This document shows positions 50,181 to 61,721 of a DNA stretch of 64,000 nucleotides, piece by piece; the stretch's first letter is position 1, and each line of letters begins with the position of its first letter. The stretch covers positions 2,356,001-2,420,000 of the forward strand of contig JBHGNT010000008.1 of assembly GCA_043228905.1 (NCBI GenBank), written 5' to 3'. Origin of the DNA: Azolla caroliniana (Eukaryota > Plantae > Polypodiophyta). A model generated the notes under the pieces. That model saw only the letters and a list, made by a program, of their open reading frames with translations. It ran no database searches and had not been told where the DNA came from. A program made the translations under genes and the position numbers.

Positions 50181-52225
50181 AAAAAGAACAACAATGGGCG
50201 AAGGAGTGCAGGTGAAGCGGTCGACTCGACTTCTTCTATCATGGTAATGCTAGCGAGAAACTGAAGCGATCCCCACCAGGAAAGTGAGTGGTTGTGACCC
50301 TCACCGAAACTAGGAGGTGAGCGATCAAAATCAATCCTCATCAAAGGAAAGTAGTGCTAAATGTGGACCAAAATGAAAATGGAGTGCAAGCGAGCAATGG
50401 TTCGATCCCCACCAGGAAAGTGAGCGGTTGTAACCCCCCACCATAACTATGAAGTTGAGTGATCGAAATCAATCCTCGCCAAAATCGTGATGCAAAATGA
50501 TACCTCATATATCGGCTTACTGTTCCATGCTATGTCTGGTCTCGTATAGACCATAGCACACATCAAGCTACCGACGGCCGAGGCATATGGTACAAGTTTC
50601 CTCATCTCAGCCTTGTCCATTTCGCTTTTCAGACATTGCCTAGCATTCAGTTTACAATTTGCCGGCAATGCAGATCCTACTAGTTTTGCTTCCAACATGT
50701 TAAATCTCATACTTCTCTTCTAACAACCATAGCACATTCTTAGTTCTGTCTTTAACTATGTGCATTCCCAAGATTTTCTTTGCTCGTACTAGGTCTTTCA
50801 TGGCAAACAACTTGCCTAGTGCTTTCTTCAAGCTCGCAATCTTCTTGGTGTCTTGTCCGACCACTAACATGTCATCCACATATAGCAAGAGAATCAAGAA
50901 GTCGCCTTCATTATACCTTTGCCAAATACATAGTGATTAGCTTGTGTTTTATAGAATCGATATTCCGACATGAAGAATTTGAACTTCTTATACCATTGAC
51001 GTGGAGCTTGCTTCGGACCATACAAGCTCTTTCTAGTCAACACACCAAATTCTCTTTTCCTTTCTCCACAAAACCTTTGGGCTACTACATATAGATCTTT
51101 TCGTCTAATTCCCCATGCAAAAATGTTGTTTTGACATCCAATTGCTCTATTTCTAGACTCATACTAGTAGCAATACTTAACATTGTTCGAATGGATGTCA
51201 TCGTTACGACTGGTGCAAAAATCTCATCAAAGTCAACCCCTTTCTTCTACTGAAATCCCTGTACTAGTATTCATGCCTTGTACCTGGGTGAGCTGCCATC
51301 TTCCCCATTTTTTAGCTTGTAGACCCATTTATTTCTCAGGGCTCGTTTACCTTTTGGTAACTCTACCAAGTTGTAACTGTAATTTTCATGCAAGGAGTCC
51401 ATTTCATCTTGCATTGCACTCTACCATCTCTCCTTGTGCTCATCTGCTATGGCTTCTTCATAACATTCTGGCTCATCTCCATCAATCACTAAGACATATT
51501 GACTAGAGTATCAAAAGGGCACTTTCCTTGTCTGAGTGGATATCTTCCACCTCCCATGGTCGGCTCAGGTTTGGATGTGGCTGCCAACTCTTTGTTCGGC
51601 TCGGGCTCATATGTATTTGTCGGTTTTTGAAGATCAACCAACTCTAAATCATGCCTCAATCAATCTCTATAGATCAGCCAACTCCGACTCATATGTATTG
51701 GTTGGTTGCTCCAAGTCGACTAATTTAGAGTCGGATGTGTCAACTGGCTATCTCCTAATAGCCGACTATGTAGAGTCGACCAGTCCTGAGTCCATAGTAG
51801 TGGGAGTCGACTAGGAAGATGACTCCGACTTCTGTTGTTTCCAATCTTCAGTTGTCTTGTCATCCATAAATACTATGTCTTAACTCCTCACCATTTTCAT
51901 GTCGAGTATATCCCACAGCCTGTAGCCGAATTCATCCTCTGAGTATCCCAAGAATATGCATGGTTTTGACTTGTTGTCGAGTTTCGACCTCTGATCCTTG
52001 GCAACATGCATTTATGACAAGCATCTGAACACCTTCAAGTGTTGGTGAGACACATCTTTTCCTGTCCATACCTGTTGTGGGACATCACCTTTCACGGGCA
52101 CTAAGGGAGACCTATTAATCAAATAGACTGTTGTCAACATAGTTTCAGCCCAATACGACTTTGGAAGCTTTGCATGTGACAGCATGCTCTTGACTCTTTC
52201 CATTATTGTTCGATTCATCCTCTCT

Positions 52226-52567
52226 TGTTGAGCGGCAAGCTCAACCGGAGCTGGATCAGCTGAATAAGCCTGAGCCGATAAGCGAGATGAATCGGTATGT
52301 CGGTGAGCAACCGAACCGGTAAGCAATAAGGACCGGTGAGCTGGGGAGCCGGTATGCCAGATCCAATTCGTAACCGGAAGCCTAGTATAGGTTAGACTAC
52401 TAGGCAGTTATAGTCTCGTAGTTAGTGTCAGATGCTCGTGTGAGCATTGAAGTACACCGTACTTCTAACAATCCCGTGTGGACTTGTATAAATAGCGCTG
52501 ATGAGCGCGTTGTAGATAGAGTGAGCACAGAGTATTCATATAATTTTTGGAAAATAGTGTGTCCTGT

Positions 52568-52601
<34 letters not shown>

Positions 52602-55600
52602 TGTATTGTTCCTTCTAACACTTCCGCAAGCAATCTTTAACATGGTATCAAAGCGGGTGGGTTGAGAACCTCTGCTGCTGACATCTACACTTGTGAAGGA
52701 AACCCTAACAAATCGGAAAACAGACACAAAAGGAGAATGGACAGAGGTATGGCTACGTCGCTCCCGATGGAGAAGCTCGACAGAACCAACTACGCATCTT
52801 GGTCATACAAGATGCACCAGTACCTGCTTGGTGTAAGAATGTACAAAACAGTGAGTTCATGGAGGCAACGACCTCTTGCTCACGATCTTCGCCACAGGCG
52901 GCGGTTACAACAGAGGCAGCGACCTCTTTCTCTCTCTCTCTCTATACAGTTACGCACACACTCTATTCTTGCACCAACAAGAATGACAACCTCAACTAAA
53001 AGTTTGCCCTAAGTCATATTTATACTAATATGACTTTTCGGCTATTTACAAATATAGCCTCGATGGACTCTCAGAAACATATGAACAAGTAGAACATGCT
53101 CTGCATCCGGAAATCTCCGGGGGGCCCTTCTCTCTCTGAGAGGATATCTCCATCTTCGGGCTTCGGTGACCGGCTCATCCATCTGCTCTTCATCCGAATC
53201 CGATTCGGGGTCTTGGCCGGTTCCGGTTTCAGCTTCCTCTACTTCTTCTTCTGCCGGTTCGGTATCCTCACCGTAACCGGCTGGTTCCTCGAGTGCTAAC
53301 CGGTCTCTTGCCGGTTGGGTCTGCTCATCGTAGAGTCTATCCTTACCGGTCGACTCGGAGTTCATTATCTTCTTCTCCGACTCCCAATCGGCGAGCGTCT
53401 TGTCCTCCATGAAGATAATATCTCGACTCCAGAATACCTTCTTGTCGACCGGGTCCCACACTCAGTAGCCGAACTCATCGTCACCGTAACCGAGGAATAT
53501 GCATGGCCGGGTCTTTGGATCTAACTTTCCTCTCCGGTCCTTAGCTACATGCACGTACGCGAGACACCCGAACACCTTCAGATGTCGGTAGGATACTTCC
53601 TTACCGGTCCACACTCTCTGTGGCGTGTCTCCGTCCAAGGGTACTTAGGGTGATCTATTTATCACATATGTCGCCGTCGACAATGCCTCAGCCCAAAACT
53701 TCTTGGGTAGTTTTGCATGCACGAGAGGTACTTCCAATGACGTTGCCTGGTGGATCAGCCCCTGGAAGGCATTCATGTGCTCCGCCATGCTGGAGCCATC
53801 TTGGTACCGGAGTCTTACTAGCTTCCGGAATACCGAAACCTGATTAACAGCATTTTGGTTCTGAAACATTATGTCGATCTTCTCCCAGAGCTCATGAGCC
53901 TTGCTCTCTTCATTGAAGTTGTTGTACAGGCTCATGTCGATGAAGCACCGTATGTACGCCGTTGTCTTCATGTGCATCACCTCCCATATCACGGCGTCGA
54001 TTTTGTCCGGTCTCTTGTCCCCGAACTGAACCGGCAGCTAGAGGTCTTTCACCACGAGCATGTCCCTCATCTTCGACTTCCACACTGAATAGTTGGAGCC
54101 GGTGAGCTTGAACATGCCGCCAAACGATTCGTCCATTTTCTGTGTCGTTTCGCTCTGATACCACTTGACGGGAACTCAACGTTTCTTATGCGCAATGCTC
54201 GGCCACAACCGAGCTTATAATGATACACAGAAAACAGGAAATAAAAACACGACACAAAGAGGAGGAATATACACAGGAGGTTTACGTGGAAAACCCCAAA
54301 CTAGGGGAAAAACCACGGCAGCCCACAGGCTGCAAACTGTCACTATGTAAGAATGTACAAAACAGTGAGTTCACGGAGGCAACGACCTCTTGCTCACGAT
54401 CTTCACCACAGGCGGCGGTTACAACAGAGGCAGCGACCTCTTTCTCTCTCTCTCTATACAGTTACGCACACACTCTATTCTTGCACCAACAAGAATGACA
54501 ACCTCAACTAAAAGTTTGCCCTAAGTCATATTTATACTAATATGACTTTTCGGCTATTTACAAATATAGCCTCGATGGACTCTCAGAAACATATTTACGA
54601 ATATGTCTCTTCATCCGGTTTATACCGGGTCTGCACCATCCGGCTCTCCGTAGCCGAGTACTCCTCGTCCGGTTCATACCGGGTCTGCACCATCCGGCTC
54701 TCCGTAGTCGGGTGACAGTTTGCAGCCTGTGGGCTGCCGTGGTTTTTCCCCTAGTTTGGGGTTTTCCACGTAAACCTCCTGTGTATATTCCTCCTCTTTG
54801 TGTCGTGTTTTTATTTCCCATTTTCTGTGTATCATTATAAGCTCGGTTGTGGCCGAGCATTGCGCATAAGGAACGTTGAGTTCCCGTCACTTGGGCATGG
54901 CTACTGGAGTTATGTCGACGGAGTGAATGACTCAGCATCGGAGACGACACACAAGGACTTCCCAGTGTGGGAATAGGCGACAAGCAGGGTGATGTACTGC
55001 TTCGCGTCCAGTGTCGGTGACCAACTGCTCAACCATATCCGTGACGCCAAGACACCAAAGGATGCTTGGGGAAACTTGAAAAAGGTCTTCGCCACAAGCA
55101 CCACTGCCCGGAAGCTGCAACTCAGACAGGAGTTGAGCAATGTTCGACAGAAGAACATGTCGGTGGTAGATTACACAGCCCGGATCAAAGGGATCTGTGA
55201 CTCGCTTGCCTCTATTAACGTCACCGTAGAGGAAGACGAGATGGTGCAGGTCTGTCTTGGAGGCCTGGCGTCCAAGTTTGGAGCTTTCTGGACTGCGGTT
55301 TGTACAAGGGACAATACGCCCTCATTTTTCGACTTACAGTCGATGCTCCTTGTGGAGGAGAACCACGCCGGTGCATCTACCAGTGCATCCCCAGACAGCC
55401 GGATGTTGTACACGGGAGCGGATCGGTCCCGTGGGCGTGATGGAAGAGGCAAGTCGGCACGCAATGGAGGTGGCTGGCAAGAGCAGGAACGAAGGCACAG
55501 TGAGCGTGCCGACAGCAGTTCCGGGACTTCCACAAGCAGGGGGAGTCAAGGTGGTGCCGGAGGCCGACAAGACAAATCCGCTACGGAATGCTAGTACTGT

Positions 55601-58600
55601 GGCAAAAAGGGCCACAGGGAAAGCAAGTGATGGAGAAAGCGTGCCGATTCGGACAAATCCAAATCCAGCAAGACCGGTAAGGAAGGCTGGCAAAGCTCGC
55701 ACTACGCAAACGGATCAGGAGGATCCAAGAACGGTAAGGGGCCAGCCTTGGTGATGAAGCATAAGGCAAACTCAATGAAGAAGACCACTTCCAAATCGGA
55801 GGAAGTGTGGTACGTTGACTCCGGCGCATCGAACCACATGACGAGCCACAAGGAGTGGTTCTCCTTTTTGGAGAAGCCGGATCAACCGGGAGTTGTCGAA
55901 ACCGGAGACGACACTCCCCACCCGATCGTGCACGTCGGAAGAGTCCCTTTGAGCCACGTCGGACAGAGGGGGAAGCTGATGAATGTATTAGATGTTCCGA
56001 CGATCACGAAGAATCTGGTGTCGGTCGGACAAATCGTCGACCAAGGGATGCAGGTGCGGTTTACGCACCTCGGGTGCTTCATTGAGGATGAGGGTGAAGT
56101 TATTGTGCAAGGGCGCAGAGATGGGAGGATGTTTATCCTCAACTCCAATGACGTCGGCACCGCACTATTCGCCAAAGGACAGAAGGTCGAGTCGGATATC
56201 GACCTGTGGCACAAGCGAATCGGCCACGTCAACTATCGGAGGCTTCAAGACATGCAAACGGAACAAGTCGTTTTCGGTTTGCCGAAGTTTAGCGGCCGGA
56301 GAGCCCAGATTTGTGAAGCCTGCCAACTCGGGAAGCAACACCGGCTTCCATTCCCCACCGAAAGAAATCGAAGCCGTAACAAGCTCGATCTTATCCATTC
56401 GGATGTGTGGGGACCGGCACAAAATGTTAGCATTGGCGGGAGTCGATATTTCGTCTCCTTCATCGACGACTACACGCAGCATACATGGATCTACCTCATT
56501 GAGCGGAAGAGCGAAGTCTTCGAGTGTTTCCGGAGCCTCCAGAAGATGGTGGAACGGGAATCGGAGAAGAAGATCAAATGCCTACGTTCGGATGGCGGAA
56601 AAGAGTACTTTTCCGGCCAATTCAACAGTTATCTGCAACAAAAAGGAATTCGGCGAGAATTCAGCAGCAGATACACACCGCAATAGAACGGTGTGGCCGA
56701 AAGGAAGAATCGGTCGCTGATTGACGCAGCTAGGGCAATGCTGGAGGAAAAGAGCATGCCCAAGTTCTACTGGGCGGAGGTGGTCCAAACGGCCGTTTAC
56801 ATCCAGAACCGGATCGGGGACAAGGTGTCAGCTCACGAGCTGTATTTCGGGCGCAAGTCGAATTTGAGACACCTCCGGATATTCGGCAGCATAGCCTATG
56901 TACATGTGCCGGATGAGAAGCGGTGAAAGCTGGATGCAAAATCGGAAAAATGCATCCTAGTCGGCTATGCTCAAGAGCAAAAGGGGTATAAGTGTTATAA
57001 CCCCCGGACGAAGTAGGTCCGAGTCAGCCGAGATGTCGAGTTTGATGAATCGGCATCGTGGTATTCCTTACCGACTCCAACTTCCCATCCCGACCCGATG
57101 TCGGAGGATGGGGCTAGTGAGCCCGAACCGGCCCAAGTAGAGAAAGATGAAGCCGGGACTCAAGATGAGAGTCCGGAATCGTTCCGATTAAGCAGACTGA
57201 ATGAGAGATTGGATCAATCCAACCAGTCGGATGATGAGACGGCGAGTAGTGGAGACTCTGTCGTGCTCTCCCCGCACAAGGAACCGAGGAGACGGTTCAC
57301 ACGCAAAGAGAAAGGGAAGCAGAAAATGCCGGAATTCGAGACCGACAATGATGAGTCGGATCGGTGCATATCTGACTTTGGCAAGGACATAGGCAGATCT
57401 TTGGGAACGAAGACCGAACCGGCCAAGAAGGGTCTCATACCGGGTGACGGTGAGTTACGTTGGTCCACCCGCCAGAAGGATCTCGTTAAACAATAGGGGT
57501 ATAACGAGTACATGGCGCATCATTATGCGTACATGACCAAGGTCGTGGAAGTGCGTGAGCCAGAGAGCTACGCAGAAGCGGCAAAGGACGCAAATTGGCG
57601 TGCCGCTATGGAGAAAGAAATGCGGGCACTGGATGCCAACGGAACTTGGGACCTAGTTGACCCTCCCTGTCACTATAAACCAATCGGATGCAAGTGGGTG
57701 TACAAGGTAAAGTACAATGCCAATGGTACAATTAACCGGTACAAGGCCCGGTTAGTGGCAAAGGGATATGCGTAGACCCACGGAATCGACTACAACAAGA
57801 CCTTCGCTCCTGTAGCAAAGATGACGACGGTTCGTGTGGTACTTGCGGTTGTTGCGGCAAGGGGGTGGCATCTTCATCAGATGGATGTGAAGAATGCCTT
57901 CCTTCAAGGAGATCTTGAAGAAGAAGTCTTTATGACTCAGCCCCCCCGGATTTCAGTCGGAGGTGAACAAGTCGGCGGTATGCCGGCTGAGGAAGTCATT
58001 GTACGGCTTGAAGCAAGCCCCCCGTGCTTGGAATGCTAAGGTCACGCACCGGTTGTGAAAGATGGGGTTTGTTGCCTCTAAGTCGAACTCTTCCCTGTTC
58101 ATCCGTCAAGGCTCAATTGGTCCGGTATGTATCTTACTCTATGTTGATGATTTAGTCATCACTGGCCCAGGTCTTCCGGAAATTAACCGCGTCAAGTCCC
58201 AGTTGTCGGACGCATTCAATATGAAGGACTTGGGGGACCTTCATTATTTTTTGGGGATCGAGGTGATCCACACCCCCGACGGCATATTGCTTTCTCAACG
58301 TCATTATGTGTTGAATATACTATTATTACAAGTTCAGCATGACAGAATGTCAACCTGTCTCCACACCCCTAGACCGGAATTAGAAGATCCGTCCCAACTC
58401 TGGACCAGCCTCCGATGAGAAACGGTTTCGACAAATAGTCGGAAGCCTGATCTACTTGACCATCACCCGACCCGATATTAGCTATCTGGTCGGAGTGGTA
58501 AGCCAATTCATGCAGAAGCCGACCGTGGAGCACCTTCAGTGCGTGCAACGAATACTCAGGTATGTAAGCGGCACTAAGGACCGGGGGCTCTTATACCAGC

Positions 58601-60166
58601 AAGGTATAACCGAAGAGCTTGTCGGCTACACGGATGCCGACTGGGCTGGCAATGCAACGGATCGTCACTCAACTTCCGGCTTTATGTTTTCTCTTGGGAG
58701 CGCAGCTGTTGCGTGGAGCAGCAAAAAGCAGCTAACATTGGCTCTATCCAGCACTTAGGCTGAATACCGGGGCGCGACCGTTGCCACCTGCGAAGCCATT
58801 TGGCTTCGACGACTACTGCAAGACCTGCGGATCGAGGTACCGACCCCGATCCTGATCTACTGCGATAACCTCAGCAGTATGCAGCTCGCCAAGAAATCTG
58901 TGTTCCATGCTCGCACAAAGCACATAGAAGTGCATTATCACTTCGTGCGTGAGCAGGTCCTGAGTGGTGAAGTTGAACTACGGTATGTTCACACGGATCG
59001 GCAAGTTGCCGACATCTTCACCAAGCCGCTCGGGTTGGACAAGTTGCAGCACTTTACCAAAATGCTTGGTGTTCAGCATCTCGACGTGCCGCACTTGAGG
59101 GGGAGACGCAAGGGAAAAGACACTACCGAAACGGGCAAAGGCAAAAAAACTGTTGAGCCCGTAGGTAAGAGAAGAACCGGTAGAGGTGGAGACAAGAGGA
59201 AAAATGAAGCCGAGTCGACGAAGGAAGTCGGCACATCCGAAAAGGTCGGAGTGAGCGGTTGTGAAGAAGAAGTGTACACTCAGGAAGAGAAGTGCATGCT
59301 ATGCGGAGGTCATCACGATCGTAATGGCCATGATGCAGAGTCGAATCAAGAATTCGACTTCGGTGAACCGGCTGAAGAAGCCAAGGGAAGCACGGAGAAG
59401 GCCAAGACCCGGACGTGGTCCGATGTGGTGAGAGGCCTGAAGCCGAAAATCGAATCGGAGGATACCGATTCGGACAAGAGCTAGAACGAGTCAAAGACAG
59501 CCGATTCGGATCAACAGACGGATCCGGATGAGTCGGATCAACGAGAGGCCAAGGAGACACGGACGCAGCGGAAGTCGATGCCATCGTGGAGGAACCGACG
59601 GATCGGCAAGCGTCGGAGTCATAGCAGCGAAGGAGCTGAGATGGGCCTATTGAGCAGACATGCCGAAGGTCGAGGCACGCAGAACCAAAGGGGTCGTGGC
59701 AAACGGGACCGGACCGGACAAGGAGCGCGAGCAAGGCGAAGCGACGCTAGGAGAAGTCGGTTGGAAGAACCGGCTGCCACAGAGGTTGACACTACGACCC
59801 TACCTCAGGTTGAGCTTGAGGGGGAGTGTTGAGCGGCAAGCTCAACCGGAGCTGGATCAGCTGAATAAGCCTGAGCCGGTAAGCGGGATGAATCGGTATG
59901 CCGATGAGCAACCGAGCCGGTAAGCAGTAAGGATCGGTGAGCTAGGGAGCCGGTATGCCGGATCCAATCCATAACCGGAAGCCTAGTATAGGTTAGACTA
60001 CTAGGCAGTTATAGTCTCGTAGTTAGTGTCAGATGCTCGTGTGAGCATTGAAGTACACCGTACTTCTAACAGTCCCGTGTGGACTTGTATAAGTAGCGTT
60101 GATGAGCACATTGTAGATAGAGTGAGCACAGAGTATTCATATAATTTTTGGAAAATAGTGTGTCCT

Positions 60167-60252
<86 letters not shown>

Positions 60253-60293
60253 TGTATTGTTCCTTCTAACGCTTTCGCAAGCAATCTTTAACA
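52226..60293 (+). mobile_element. Full-length Copia element K, TSD TCTCT
   Basis: LTRs 52226-52642 and 59827-60293, PBS TGGTATCAAAGC at 52643, PPT before 59827. Order is gag, PR (VDSGASNH), INT, RT (LYVDD), RNase H, with many stops. Confidence 0.95.
52832..54889. mobile_element. Deleted and internally inverted Copia A-family element L, TSD CTTGG
   Basis: Splits K gag QYLLG|HGYW. Contains minus-strand LTR, PBS (54152-54163), gag and INT pieces, plus a plus-strand LTR end at 54712-54889. Confidence 0.9.
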
Positions 60294-60392
60294 TCTCTGC
60301 AAGTCCTTTCAATTCAGGGGTCTTTGGAACCTTATATTCGGGTCTTATGCCTTGTTTCTTGCAATACTCCTCGAACTATCCTTTGCATTCGT

Positions 60393-60901
60393 TGTTGGGA
60401 CACAGGTCCCTCCGGATGGGAAGGGAGAAGAACAGTGCCGATGAACGAGCTCGGCCGAGGCCGAACCCGTATTAGGAGTACCCGGCTACGGAGAGCCGGA
60501 TGGTGCAAACCCGGTGTGAACCGGATGAGAAGTACCCGGCTACGGAGAGCCGGATGGTGCAGGCCCGGTGTGAACCGGATGAGGAGTACCCGGCTACGGA
60601 GAGTCTGATAGTGCAAGCCCGGTGTGAACCGAATGAGGAGTACCCGGTTACGGAGAGCCGGATGGTGCAGGCCCGGTGAGAACCGGATGAGGAGCACCCG
60701 GCTACGGAGAGCCGGATGATGCAGACCCGGTGAGAACCGGAGGAAGAGACATATTCGTAAATATGTTTCTGAGAGCCCATCGAGGCTATATTTGTAAATA
60801 GTCGAAAAGTCATATTAGTATAAATATGACTTAGGGCAAACTTTTAGTTGTTGTTGTCATTTTCTTTTGTTGGTGCAAGAAGAAGAGAGAGAGCGTAACT
60901 G

Positions 60902-60937
<36 letters not shown>

Positions 60938-61218
60938 GGTCGTTGCCTCTGTTATAACCGCCGCCTGTGGCGAAGATCGTGAGCACGAGGTCGTTGCCTC
61001 CGTGAACTCACTATTTGTACATTCTTACATAGTGACAGTTCGCAGCCTGTGGACTGTCGTGGTTTTTCCCCTAGTTTGGGGTTTTCCACATAAACCTCCT
61101 GTGTATTGGGTGTATCTTCCTCTTCTCTGTGTCGTGCATTTATTTCCCGATTTCTGTGTATCATTGTAAGCTCGGTTGTGGCCGAGCGTTGCGAATAAGG
61201 AGCATTGTGTTCTCGTCA
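60393..61218 (+). mobile_element. Copia A-family solo LTR, TSD TTCGT/TTCGC
   Basis: TG...CA termini and ~5 copies of the 51-bp U3 repeat. Confidence 0.92.
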
Positions 61219-61721
61219 TTCGCCACCATTGTCAATCCGGATAGCCTTCAACTTTCTTCCAAATTCTCTTTCAGCTCTAGCCTAAAATTCTAGATGGTCC
61301 GAAGAGCATGAAGAAAAATATGAAGATAAAGGAGACAATATGGCATGAAATGAGAATTATACTAGATTGATATGTCAATGATTGGTGTTGAATCCCTTCA
61401 CAAGGATCAAGGAGGTTACAACTATTTATACTAGTACATGCATTAAAATATTCTAGAGAATATTCTTGAACCCTCTAGAACCTTCTAGAACTTTCTAGAG
61501 GTATGTGACTAGAGAGTTTTTCTAGATCGAGAACATTATATACAAACACATGCTTATATCAAATTGGTTGAGCATGACATATTGTTGATGTGAGTATTTC
61601 TAGATCAAGTACTTTATATACAAACATATGCTCATATTAAAATGGTTGAGCATGACATATTGTTGATGTGAGGTTGCAGGTTCAATACTCACAACTATGT
61701 ATTTTATGTCACTGTATCATG

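Larger units (their letters stand above)
50505..61290 (-). pseudogene. pol: Old Tork-like Copia J, INT-RT fragment interrupted by K and a solo LTR
   Basis: RIDNGGE|...|GLAE|RMNRTIMER, LYVDDML, TRPDIA. Confidence 0.8.
49563..61721 (-). mobile_element. Gypsy-type LTR pair I (49563-49862 and ~61300-61721) enclosing Copia remnants
   Basis: Homologous LTR sequences resembling the H and M LTRs, PPT 49863-49876. Each LTR is cut by M or N. Confidence 0.65.

Noticed and set aside
52495-52560. Hammerhead ribozyme core CTGATGAG...GAAA in the K LTR
   Set aside because: There is no stem II, and the core is not conserved in the 3' LTR (TTGATGAG)
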